From the NCBI GenBank assembly GCA_963749155.1, contig CAVVLO010000001.1, positions 192,001 to 256,000 of the forward strand: a stretch of DNA of 64,000 bases, written 5' to 3'. Positions within the stretch are counted from its first letter, which is position 1. The number at the start of each line of letters is the position of its first letter. Under the pieces are notes generated by a model. The model was given only the letters and a program-made list of their open reading frames with translations, was not told the DNA's origin and did no database searches. Source of the stretch: an uncultured Armatimonadia bacterium (GTDB taxonomy: Bacteria > Armatimonadota > Zipacnadia > CAVVLO01). The translations under genes were made by a program, and so were the position numbers. Positions 19,462 to 28,566 of the stretch are shown one piece after another.

Positions 19462-21303
19462 CTAACGCCAGCTAGCTTCGATATGCGGGGCGGCAGCCCT
19501 GTCTTCAAGCCAGCGGGCCATCGTATAACAACCGAAAAGGAACCTATGATTCTCGCCGCCGACTTCCACGCCGCGCTTGCTGAGAGCAAGCAACCTTCGC
19601 ATAAGACGCCACGGGAAGATTTCGGCAAGCTGCCCCTCTGGCCTGGCCAGATGCTCCCAGAACACCCCGGCTACCCCCGGTTGGCGAAGCCAGTAATCGA
19701 GATTCCATGGAAAATTGCCTTTGGCCGGCTCATAGTCAGGAAGCGCGCGTTCGATATAGTGCCAGATGGGATACTTGTAAGTCTTTGGGCTGGAAAGCCA
19801 GGGCACAGGTACGCGTCTGACCCAGTGAGCGACCGCTGGATACAGGAAGGGTGAAGTCAGATGCATACCAGCTTCTTGCGCGAGCAAGGTAGTGCGTCTT
19901 TGATAAATCGGACCTGCCCTGTTAGTTACGAAATGGACACGCTGGGTTGAACGTTCAGCTCCGAACCGGTCACAGATTTGACGTATATGAGCTTCTGTCA
20001 GGGCATCTACCTCGGCCAGGGTGCCCTTTGGCAGTTCGAGAAATTCGACCAGCCCGCTATTGCGAGCAGCGCTCTGCCACGAAGAAGGGGCATGGAACTT
20101 GAGCATTCCGCCCAGCACGCGATCGGCAGCTTCAACACCCGCATTGAGGTAGAGCGCGCGATAAAGGAGTTTTATCGGGCTGACAGGCAGCCGGTGCAGT
20201 TTCCAGGCGGCGCGATGGCGGTTGCGCCGGCGGAATCGGCCTTCTCCAAAGTGCCCACCCGCCCCTGAACCGTCGACCAACACCGCCCCTTTGCCAAGTT
20301 CGGCTCTGGCGAAGTCCACCAAAGGTTGGGTCGTAATCATAGCGCCATCGCCACACGGCTGTTCGAGACCTTGGGGTACCCGTTCAAGCAGCGAGGCCAA
20401 CTGTCCGGCTGGCGAAGTCACAATCAGGTGTTGCATCCCAAGCTGGGCTGCTACTTCGGCAGTTTTACGATGGAGTTCGTTGCCTTCTTCTCGGACAAGA
20501 GTCAAGGCAACGGGCTTGTAGTCGCCTCGTGTCAGCGCCACCGCAAGGGCAGTCGAATCCACCCCAGCGCTGAACATCAGGGCGGGGCGTTCAGCGCAGA
20601 GCGCCTGCATCGAAGCCTCAAGACCCAAAGTCGATTCTTCTGCGAGCCGCTTGCTTTCGGCGAAGGAAAATTGGTCGCTTTCCTCAGTGTAAGACCAGGG
20701 CTGGATTGCTTCCTCGCGCGCAGCAAGAGAAGGCCAGCTAAAGGTCCTGACAAGGCCGGGTGGCACTGCGTTGATGCCTTTCGCCAGAGAGAAAGGCGCC
20801 TGGACGAACCCATAGACAAGGAAGCTTGTCAGGCCAGCAAGGTCCAGTTCGAAGCCTCGCGCTGCCAGTAGAGGCCTGAGGTCAGTACTGAAGAGCAGGC
20901 CTTTTTCTCCCTCAATGTAGAAAATGCCGCCATCGCCCAGCCGCTCTGGGGCGAGGGCAAGCTCGAGTCCATCAGGGGTCTGCCTGAGCTGACAGAAGGA
21001 AGTCGAACCGGCAAGCCTGAGTCCTAGTTCTCTCGGAGCCAGTTTGGTGAGGGCTGGCAGGTCTTTTTCGTCCAAATTAGTAGGCAGAGGCCTCTCTGGG
21101 TCCGCCAGTAGCATATCGCCCTGAAGACCAATACAACTTATAACGCCGGGTTCCGGGGCGCTCCAAAGGCGCGAAGGGCCACTCCGGGCAAGCCAGAAGC
21201 AGGCGCCTGGTTGCTCCAGGCGAAGTTCGTCAAAGGCGCCAAAGTCGCGAAGCTGGGCTTCTACTTCGGGCTGTCGTTGATTTGAAAGATAACCACAAAA
21301 CAT
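19462..21303 (-). CDS. Asparagine synthetase B-like protein (degenerate), paralog 1
   Basis: LFSTDLRPL; PP-loop LMFSAGVDS; EQPCGDGA; SPFL; KYPI. Confidence 0.75.
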   Translation of the reverse strand: MFCGYLSNQRQPEVEAQLRDFGAFDELRLEQPGACFWLARSGPSRLWSAPEPGVISCIGLQGDMLLADPERPLPTNLDEKDLPALTKLAPRELGLRLAGSTSFCQLRQTPDGLELALAPERLGDGGIFYIEGEKGLLFSTDLRPLLAARGFELDLAGLTSFLVYGFVQAPFSLAKGINAVPPGLVRTFSWPSLAAREEAIQPWSYTEESDQFSFAESKRLAEESTLGLEASMQALCAERPALMFSAGVDSTALAVALTRGDYKPVALTLVREEGNELHRKTAEVAAQLGMQHLIVTSPAGQLASLLERVPQGLEQPCGDGAMITTQPLVDFARAELGKGAVLVDGSGAGGHFGEGRFRRRNRHRAAWKLHRLPVSPIKLLYRALYLNAGVEAADRVLGGMLKFHAPSSWQSAARNSGLVEFLELPKGTLAEVDALTEAHIRQICDRFGAERSTQRVHFVTNRAGPIYQRRTTLLAQEAGMHLTSPFLYPAVAHWVRRVPVPWLSSPKTYKYPIWHYIERALPDYEPAKGNFPWNLDYWLRQPGVAGVFWEHLARPEGQLAEIFPWRLMRRLLALSKRGVEVGGENHRFLFGCYTMARWLEDRAAAPHIEASWR

Positions 21304-21336
21304 AAGGTTAGGCGAGCAAGCAGCTGGTTTCTTGCT

Positions 21337-22380
21337 CTAGAGTTCTCCTTCCTGTTTGATTAGGTCTAGCGTCAAGCCCAGTTGCCCTGAGCGCTGCCAG
21401 CCAGCGCACACCTTGATGACGTCGAGTGCCTCGCCAAAAGTCAAATCGGGCTTTCGGCGAGTTGCGACAGAATCCACCCAGGACGCCACTGCGCCGAATA
21501 TGACATCATTCTGCATCCGATAGAAGCAGGTTGGTTCGCCATAACCTGACGGCCAGAGGACCGCTTCATAACAGGCTTGATGGGTGCGCAGGATACCTTT
21601 GTCGCCTACCAGTTCGATCTCCCACTGAGGCGCGGCGCAATCAGTGCTGAAGATTATGCTCATCCCGCCAATGCGCCCGTCAGCGTAGCGCACAGTGCCA
21701 TACATCGTGTCCGGCCAGGGGTAGCCTGGCGAATTCAGATTGGCAGCCTCGCACCAGACGCGAGTTGGCGTGGAGTCAATAAACCAGCCCAGCATATCTG
21801 CTGCATAAACCCCCAGAGTGTATTCGGTGCCCCCTGCCCCTTCACCGAATTCGACGCTGTCTTCGAAGGGGCCAAGAGGGGCTTTGCCATGCTGAATGTA
21901 AACCCGGGCAGATAACAGCTTGCCCAGGGCGCCGGCGTCCACTTTGGCCTTTGCAGCGGCGATGGCGCCATCATACCGGCCCGGATCGAGGGTGCCACAA
22001 AGGCGTTCTGGATGAGCTGCTTCGGCTTCTGCAAGCTTGCGCGCCGATGCCACGCCGTTGGTAAGCGGTTTGGAGACATAGACATCCAGTCCGTGATCAA
22101 GCGCCCAAAGCGCCCAGTCGGCTTTGGTGCGGTCCCAGGCGGTGACAAAGGCAAAATCGGGTTGTGTGGCCTCGACCATTGTTTCGGCGTCCTCGAACAG
22201 GGGCGCCTCGAAAGCCTCACAGTATTCCGTGCGAGTCTTGCCCGCATTGGCTTTGAGGGTCTCGTCTCGCTGACCGAGCGGGCAGGCTCCGACCAGGCTG
22301 ACCCCGGGCAGGCGCAGGATTGAACCAGCGAAGACCTGGGAATAGAAAGACCCCATGCCAAGCATTACGCCTTTGAGCAA
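21337..22380 (-). CDS. Gfo/Idh/MocA family oxidoreductase
   Basis: Rossmann-type start LKGVMLGMG; GLDVYVSKPL (EKP variant); start is TTG 22380 or ATG 22389. Confidence 0.8.
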   Translation of the reverse strand: MLKGVMLGMGSFYSQVFAGSILRLPGVSLVGACPLGQRDETLKANAGKTRTEYCEAFEAPLFEDAETMVEATQPDFAFVTAWDRTKADWALWALDHGLDVYVSKPLTNGVASARKLAEAEAAHPERLCGTLDPGRYDGAIAAAKAKVDAGALGKLLSARVYIQHGKAPLGPFEDSVEFGEGAGGTEYTLGVYAADMLGWFIDSTPTRVWCEAANLNSPGYPWPDTMYGTVRYADGRIGGMSIIFSTDCAAPQWEIELVGDKGILRTHQACYEAVLWPSGYGEPTCFYRMQNDVIFGAVASWVDSVATRRKPDLTFGEALDVIKVCAGWQRSGQLGLTLDLIKQEGEL

Positions 22381-22414
22381 GCGAATCATCTCCAGTTGCG
22401 GTGTGGCGCGAAGC

Positions 22415-23206
22415 TCAGGCCAGGGCGCCCGCGAGCAGGCGAGCAGCCAGCGCATCACGCGTCCTTTGTTTCGCCAAAGCGCAGAAACGCTCCTCTAACT
22501 CGACGCCAATCCCTTTGCGTCCAGTTTCAAGGCAGGCGAGCAGGGTAGAGCCACTTCCACAGAAGGGATCAAGGACCGTGTCGCTTTCAAAGGAGAAGAG
22601 CTTGATACACCTTCGAGGCAGTTCGATGGGGAAAGGCGCCGGGTGGCCGATGCGCTTCTTGCTCTCGCCGTTGAATACCCACACCCCGTTGGTCCAGGCG
22701 AGGAACTCGTCTCGGGTAATCCCGCTCGAGCGCCCTTCGGCTGGGCGTTTCCACTCGTCCTTGTAAAGCACCAGCACAACCTCAACTGGCGCAATCACAT
22801 AAGGCGCCGAGGCTGAAAGCCAGGAGCCCCAGGCGGTGCGGCGCGAGATATTGCCTTCATTCCAGATGATGGTCGAGTGGTATTTCCAGCCGACCGCCTT
22901 GGCCAGGCAGGTGAGGTCCGCGCCTACGCTCTGCTGGCCGCCCTTGTTTTTATCGAGAGGCAAATTGAGACAGAGCCGTCCCCCCGACGTAGTCAACTCG
23001 AGTAATTTTGTGAGGTAGGCCTTGGAGAAATCCAGATAACCGTCCCAGGCGCAATCGTCATCATGCTCGCCATAATCGATGGAGACATTGTAAGGAGGCG
23101 AAGTGACGGTCAATTCAATCGAAGCTGCCTCTAGCGCTTCGAGCCTCAGGAAATCGGCGTTGAATACCTGTACTGATCCTGCTGCAAAGTAGGCTGCTTG
23201 TTTCAC
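22415..23206 (-). CDS. Site-specific DNA methyltransferase, N4-C/N6-A, beta class
   Basis: Catalytic TSPPY precedes HPAPFP and the SAM-binding motif VLDPFCGSGST. Confidence 0.92.
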   Translation of the reverse strand: MKQAAYFAAGSVQVFNADFLRLEALEAASIELTVTSPPYNVSIDYGEHDDDCAWDGYLDFSKAYLTKLLELTTSGGRLCLNLPLDKNKGGQQSVGADLTCLAKAVGWKYHSTIIWNEGNISRRTAWGSWLSASAPYVIAPVEVVLVLYKDEWKRPAEGRSSGITRDEFLAWTNGVWVFNGESKKRIGHPAPFPIELPRRCIKLFSFESDTVLDPFCGSGSTLLACLETGRKGIGVELEERFCALAKQRTRDALAARLLAGALA

Positions 23207-23230
23207 GGTGACCCCTTGAGCAGGCGCTTG

Positions 23231-23977
23231 TCAACCCGCCTGCTTCGAGGTCAGTTTACCCTTGCGCAACAAGTTTGGGGTCATTTTCGCAAGGAAGGCT
23301 TCCAGCACTACATCAGCGCAGGCATCTACGCTCATATACTCGGTATTGATGGCCAAATCATAACCGGACAAGTCCGCCGGGTCTTTGAAGAATCTTGCCC
23401 GAATGAAGTTCTCTCGTTCCGCGTCCAGCGAAAGTACCTTGGAGCGGGCCAGTTTGTGAGAGATATGGTTGCGTCTGGCCATACGTTCCATGCGTAGTTC
23501 GAGCGGCGCAAAGACCCTTACGCGCAGAGTCTTCTCGGGCGCCAGAATAAAGTTGGCGCCTCGTCCAAGTATTACGGCGTTGCCGCGTTCTCCAATCAGG
23601 GAGATGACCTCGACCAGATGCCTGAAATAGGAGGATTGACTCATATATTCATGACTTGTCAGGCCCCGGATTAGCTCCTGCAGATTGGCTCTGGTGCGCT
23701 CATCGGTAGACTCGACCACCGACTTGCGGACCTTGGCCCGGTTGGCGATATAGTCGGTCATCTGCCTGTCAAAGAACTCGAAGTCCAGCCGCCGTGCAAC
23801 CTCGACGGCGACCTCCGAACCACCCGAACCCGACTCGCGCGAGAAGGTCACGCAAGCTGCAAACAAGGGATGGGTAATTTCGGCTGCGGCTTGTTTAGCC
23901 TGGCGAGTCTCCAGCCGACTTTTGGTTACATAACGCTCGATGAAGGCTTCCACACTGCGAGGTGTTTTCTGTGTCAT
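23231..23977 (-). CDS. Cytidylate kinase-like family protein
   Basis: TFSRESGSGG..VA..L; VILGRGANFIL; RVFAP; YDLAINT. Confidence 0.85.
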   Translation of the reverse strand: MTQKTPRSVEAFIERYVTKSRLETRQAKQAAAEITHPLFAACVTFSRESGSGGSEVAVEVARRLDFEFFDRQMTDYIANRAKVRKSVVESTDERTRANLQELIRGLTSHEYMSQSSYFRHLVEVISLIGERGNAVILGRGANFILAPEKTLRVRVFAPLELRMERMARRNHISHKLARSKVLSLDAERENFIRARFFKDPADLSGYDLAINTEYMSVDACADVVLEAFLAKMTPNLLRKGKLTSKQAG

Positions 23978-24096
23978 CCTGGGCCTCCGATTGGTTCCTT
24001 ACTTTCAGATTAGAACGGCCTGGCCGCCTTGTCAAACCAGCTTTGTCGAATAAGGGCGCGCGCCAACAAAAAAATGGAAATATTTGCTGCAAGCCC

Positions 24097-24124
24097 TAAA
24101 GCTTCCGGCCCAGGCTGCCGATAC
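24097..24124 (+). promoter_or_regulatory. Sigma28 (FliA/SigD)-type promoter of the che operon
   Basis: TAAA(GCTT)-N16-GCCGATAC, ending 10 nt before ATG 24135. Confidence 0.7.
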
Positions 24125-24134
24125 TCTTTTCCAG

Positions 24135-25274
24135 ATGGAACCTTATACAAGCGCTATAACTGCTGGCAGCCAACTCGCCGCTGCTCTTGAAGAGGCTTTG
24201 CGCAGAGCCCCCCTGCCCGAAGCAGTGCAAGGAGAGCAAGAAGGCGCAGCCTCTGCCTCGTCAAAGGCGCTCGGGATCACTCCCGAGGCAACCTTCCGCT
24301 TCGTCAGCTATTTCGACGAGTTGCTGGATGCTGCCCTCGAGCATCAGGCTCTGATCATCGAACAGGCGATGCAGGATGCGCTTTCTAGTGCCGGAGGCCA
24401 TTGCAGGGCTGCGCGCGGCGCTCTGGCGCTGGGAGGCGCTCTGGCTGACGAACTGGAGCGCTCTGGCAGTCTGCTCTTGGCGCTGGACGCCCAGTTGGTG
24501 CGCTCCGCCACCCTTACCACAGGCGAGAAAGCCGACTGGCGAGAGCTGGTCAGCGACTGGCAAGACTCCACTGAAGAACTGAAGCAAGCCCTCGCAAGCC
24601 TCAAACAGAAGGGCCAGTGTTTCGAGCAGAGTTTCGAACAGTTCAACCAGCTTCCCAGAGTGATGAGCCAGGAGATCTGGCGCCTGGCCAAGCGTCGCCC
24701 CAGAGGCGCTCAACAGGTGCTCAAGCGACTAACTAAACGGGTTGAAGGCCCTCTTGCCCTTGAGCCCGTTTCTCTGTGGCAGGCCTTTGGTGAGTATGCT
24801 GACTCGATTAACTCCCAGCTTGTTGAGTTGACCCAGGCGGCAAGCCGAGAGCTTGGCCAACTCGGGACAGGTCAGGGGCCACAAGCCGAAGTGGCACTCG
24901 ACTGCGCGCAGGGCGTGCTTGCCCAATTTGCCGAAGTTTGTGGCATCACCATCATGTTAATCAGCCGGGTTAGAAGCGGGCTTCAACCGCTCGGAGCTTC
25001 CGGCGCGCTTGCCTCCGGACGCCTCACCGACGGCCTGGAGTGGCTGCTTAAACAACTCGGAGAGCTGACTGAACTGAAGTTGCTTGCCCCTAGAGCTGGA
25101 GAGCCAGCCGATGAACGCCTGCAAGAGTTCAGTCAGACCCAGCTCGGGGCGAATCCAGGTAGTCAGTTGCTAGTTGCCAGATTGCTTACCCCAGGCCTTG
25201 TGCTTGGCGAGACGCTGGTAGTCAAAGCAAGAGTGGCTGTAGCGCCGGCAAGCGCCACAGACTCTGCAAAGTGA
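24135..25274 (+). CDS. Hypothetical alpha-helical protein with a GrpE-like C-terminal domain
   Basis: The C-terminus GLEWLLKQL...GEPADERLQE...VARLLTPGLVLGETLVVKARVAVA parallels the GrpE pattern G.EM..KQL...GEPFDP.LHE...V..V...GY.L..R.LRPA.V.V. No TM segment. Confidence 0.65.
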   Translation: MEPYTSAITAGSQLAAALEEALRRAPLPEAVQGEQEGAASASSKALGITPEATFRFVSYFDELLDAALEHQALIIEQAMQDALSSAGGHCRAARGALALGGALADELERSGSLLLALDAQLVRSATLTTGEKADWRELVSDWQDSTEELKQALASLKQKGQCFEQSFEQFNQLPRVMSQEIWRLAKRRPRGAQQVLKRLTKRVEGPLALEPVSLWQAFGEYADSINSQLVELTQAASRELGQLGTGQGPQAEVALDCAQGVLAQFAEVCGITIMLISRVRSGLQPLGASGALASGRLTDGLEWLLKQLGELTELKLLAPRAGEPADERLQEFSQTQLGANPGSQLLVARLLTPGLVLGETLVVKARVAVAPASATDSAK

Positions 25275-25290
25275 ATTCAGGGAGGGAATC

Positions 25291-25821
25291 ATGGAAGACC
25301 AGATGGAGCTGGAATCAGGGCGTTCCTCTGAAGAACGCCAATATGTCCTCTTCGTCCTCGGGATCGAGAGGTATGGAGTTGAGATAGGCCAGGTACAGGA
25401 GATAGTCGCTCCCCAGGCGCTGACTCATGTGCCGGGCGCCCCTGCCTGGGTCGAAGGCGTTACCAATCTTAGAGGACAGGTAATCCCTGTGCTGGACCTG
25501 GCCTCGCGCCTTTCTGTCACTCCGGGTGAGGAGACAGCTCAACGACGTATCGTGGTGGTCGATGTTGGATTCGGCAAGGTTGGGATGCGCGTCGATGCGG
25601 TTACCGAGGTTGCGCTGATTGCCAATTCAGTTGTAGAACCACCCTCTGCTCTCGCGATGGGCATTAGTGCTCATTATGTCTCTGGCCTCGCCAAGCGCGA
25701 GGCGGATGTCATCGTCCTGCTTGATCTGGAGGCAGTCCTCACTCCTGAGGAAGCCAGAACGGCCTTCAGCGCCGCAGATGATGCGCTCGAACCGGCCACC
25801 GCCGAGGGCCAGGCGGTATAA
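25291..25821 (+). CDS. cheW: Chemotaxis coupling protein CheW
   Basis: YGVEI..VQEI...VPGAP.WVEGVTNLRGQVIPVLDL; VGMRVDAV. Confidence 0.95.
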   Translation: MEDQMELESGRSSEERQYVLFVLGIERYGVEIGQVQEIVAPQALTHVPGAPAWVEGVTNLRGQVIPVLDLASRLSVTPGEETAQRRIVVVDVGFGKVGMRVDAVTEVALIANSVVEPPSALAMGISAHYVSGLAKREADVIVLLDLEAVLTPEEARTAFSAADDALEPATAEGQAV

Positions 25822-25823
25822 AG

Positions 25824-27950
25824 ATGGCCGACCAACAAGGTAAAGGCCTCGACACTTCAGATTATCTGAAACTCTTCCTGGAAGAGGCTGAGGATCAACT
25901 CGACGGGCTCGAGCAAGGGCTGGTCAAACTCGAATCGGGTGAAGGCGACACCGAACTCGTCAGCGAGCTTTTTCGTGCCTCGCACACCCTGAAGGGCGCT
26001 TCCGCGACCATGGGTTTTGAGGAGCTCACCGAACTCACTCACCTGCTTGAGAACGTCTTCCAGCAGGTGCGGGATGAAGGCGCGGTGCTCGATTCGGAGG
26101 GTATTTCGGTCGCCCTGGACTCGGTCGATGTATTGCGCGCGCTCAAAGATGCCGCTGCTGTCGGTGAGGCTGCGCCAAGCGAGTGGCGCTTCACGGGAGA
26201 TGGCCTGCGCCGCCTTGTGACGCGCTTGCAGGAGGTCCCTGCGAGTCCAGTTCAAAGCACTCCTGCCACTAGCTCGACTGATTTTGATAAAGCGCTTTTC
26301 GAAGAAGCCGAATCTCGAGGCGCTGTAGTCTTTGCGCTCCGGGTCACACTTCACGCTGACTGCCAGATAAAATCTGCCAGAGTCGCCTTGGTTTTCCGCG
26401 CGGTAGAGCGGTTCGGCGAGATCCTGGCCGCGAGACCCGACGTCGAAGCTCTTGACGAAGAAGACTTCGATACCCAATTCACCTTGTTTATGGCGACTAC
26501 AAGTGCGCCAGAAGAGGTAGCTGCGGCAGCGGCTCAGGTTTTTGAGGTCGACAACGTGCAGTTTTTGCCCTGGCGAGAAGAGTTGCAGTCTTCTCCTGCT
26601 AGCCAGGATGAACCTCAAGGCGACCGGCGTTCTGACAGTAAACTTGCCCCTGATGGACTGAACCGGCGTGTAATGGACCTCGGCCCCGAGGCAAGAGGGA
26701 AGCCAGGACCTGAACTGCTCACAATGACTGCCCGCAAGGTCTCGGGCAGTGTCCGCGTCGATACCGAGCGACTGGATCGCCTGGCCACCCTGGCTGGCGA
26801 ACTCGTTGTGTTGCGCTCGCAGTTCTCGCGGCTTGGCGCGCAGCCTCAGGCGGCCTTTTCCGATGGGGGCAGAGAGCTGCAACAGGCTTCTCGAGAGCTA
26901 GACCGTATGGTCACCGACCTGCAAACCGAAGTGCTTGCAACCAGGATGCTTCCCATTACGGCTGTCTTCGAGCGCCTGCCTCGGCTTGTGCGCGACCTGG
27001 CTCGCGACTCGAACAAGCTGGTTACCCTGACCTTGCTGGGCAAGGAGACAGAACTCGATCGCAGCATCATCGAGCGACTCGGCGACCCCCTGGTCCACCT
27101 GCTGCGCAACTCCGTAGATCATGGACTGGAGACCGAAGAGATAAGGCGCGCCAGTGGCAAACAACCCGCTGGTCAGATAAGCGTCTCGGCGCGCCACCAT
27201 GAGGGACATGTGGTTATAGAGGTAAAAGATGACGGGGCTGGCATAGATACCACCAGGCTCAAAGCCAAGGCTCTGGAGCGCGGGCTGTTTTCGCCCGAGG
27301 CTGCTGCCAGGCTTACCGATACCGAGGCAGTGTCACTCATCTTCGCCTCAGGACTCAGCATCAAGGACCAGGTTTCTCAGATATCTGGGCGCGGCGTTGG
27401 GATGGACATCGTCAAGCACAATGTCGAGCAGATGAATGGCACTGTCGAGGTCACCACTCGTCAGGGTCAGGGCACAACCTTTGTATTACGCTTTCCCCTT
27501 ACTCTGGCAGTGCTTGATGTGCTGCTTACCCGAGTTGGCGACCTTGTCTGTGGGGTTCCCGTTCACTCGGTGGTTGAGACTTTACGACTGTCTCAGAGCA
27601 GTCAGGTCAGCCTGCAAGGCCGCCCGGCGATGTATCTGCGCGGAGAGGTCATCCCCCTTTATGACTTGCGCCACCTGACTTTGCATTCCAATGAAGGGGA
27701 AGGCTATGTGGCTGTGCTTTCGCACCGCGACCGCAAAGTAGGCTTGCAGGTAGATGAGCTGCTGGGACGCGATGAGATAGTCATCAAGCCACTGCCAGGC
27801 TATTTCCAGCAAGCTGCCTTGTTCTCTGGCAGTTGTATTTTGGGAGATGGTTCTGTCTCACTCGTTGTAGACGCCGAGGAACTTTATCGGCTTGCCTCAA
27901 CAGGAGAACTGGAGGCTTCACTCGCCGAGGAGGCACACCAATTTGCCTGA
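25824..27950 (+). CDS. cheA: Chemotaxis histidine kinase CheA
   Basis: Hpt FRASHTLKG; VRVDTERLD; DPLVHLLRNSVDHG; DDGAG; SGRGVGMDIVK; C-terminal CheW-like domain. Confidence 0.96.
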   Translation: MADQQGKGLDTSDYLKLFLEEAEDQLDGLEQGLVKLESGEGDTELVSELFRASHTLKGASATMGFEELTELTHLLENVFQQVRDEGAVLDSEGISVALDSVDVLRALKDAAAVGEAAPSEWRFTGDGLRRLVTRLQEVPASPVQSTPATSSTDFDKALFEEAESRGAVVFALRVTLHADCQIKSARVALVFRAVERFGEILAARPDVEALDEEDFDTQFTLFMATTSAPEEVAAAAAQVFEVDNVQFLPWREELQSSPASQDEPQGDRRSDSKLAPDGLNRRVMDLGPEARGKPGPELLTMTARKVSGSVRVDTERLDRLATLAGELVVLRSQFSRLGAQPQAAFSDGGRELQQASRELDRMVTDLQTEVLATRMLPITAVFERLPRLVRDLARDSNKLVTLTLLGKETELDRSIIERLGDPLVHLLRNSVDHGLETEEIRRASGKQPAGQISVSARHHEGHVVIEVKDDGAGIDTTRLKAKALERGLFSPEAAARLTDTEAVSLIFASGLSIKDQVSQISGRGVGMDIVKHNVEQMNGTVEVTTRQGQGTTFVLRFPLTLAVLDVLLTRVGDLVCGVPVHSVVETLRLSQSSQVSLQGRPAMYLRGEVIPLYDLRHLTLHSNEGEGYVAVLSHRDRKVGLQVDELLGRDEIVIKPLPGYFQQAALFSGSCILGDGSVSLVVDAEELYRLASTGELEASLAEEAHQFA

Positions 27951-28546
27951 GGCTTTGTCAGCGGGACTGGGAGAGGCACTCTTTGGCGATGATACCGATG
28001 CTTTGCTTTGTGCCGTCGGACTTGGCTCCTGTGTAGCTCTCTGCCTTTACGATTCTGAGCGATGCCGCGCGGCACTTGCCCATGTGGTGCTGCCTAGCAA
28101 TTTGGAAGAACAAACCAACGGGCAACCCTGCACAAGGGGTGTCTGGGGCCAGGTGCACCCCCGACTGTGGCGCGCCGAGGGGCTTGTGCGCTATGCGCAG
28201 CCTGCTCTGGAGGTTCTCCTGTGCAGGCTTGGTGACGGCAAACCTTGTGAGGGGGTAGTCGCCGCGCTGGTTGGGGGGGCTCAGATGCTTCACCTGGGGC
28301 CGGGTTTGAATATCGGCAACCGCAATGTCAAGGCTTTGCGTTCAAGCCCTTGCTGAGCGAGCCATCCCTGTTGGCGTCGAAGAAATCGGGGGTAATGAAG
28401 CCCGTTCCGTTTTCCTGCATACCAAAACCGGTGAGGTTCTGGTACGTAATGCAGGCGCTCCAATACGCTCCCTCGGTTTCCTGGGCAAGTCTTCTCGAGG
28501 CAGGCCATCAAAACTGGCTGAAATACCTGGAATGGAAAGATTCTAG
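27943..28546 (+). CDS. cheD: Chemoreceptor glutamine deamidase CheD (frameshift near 28335)
   Basis: GLGSCVALCLYD, AHVVLP, RYA, GGAQM and NIGNRNV; continues in the next frame as EIGGNEARSVFL..TGEV. TTG start after GAGGAGG. Confidence 0.88.
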
Positions 28547-28566
28547 ATTGGAGACGACGAGTATAT

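Noticed and set aside
17579..21336. Lasso peptide biosynthetic cluster
   Set aside because: No precursor ORF fits in the short gaps, and no B1/PqqD, B2 protease or ABC exporter is nearby.
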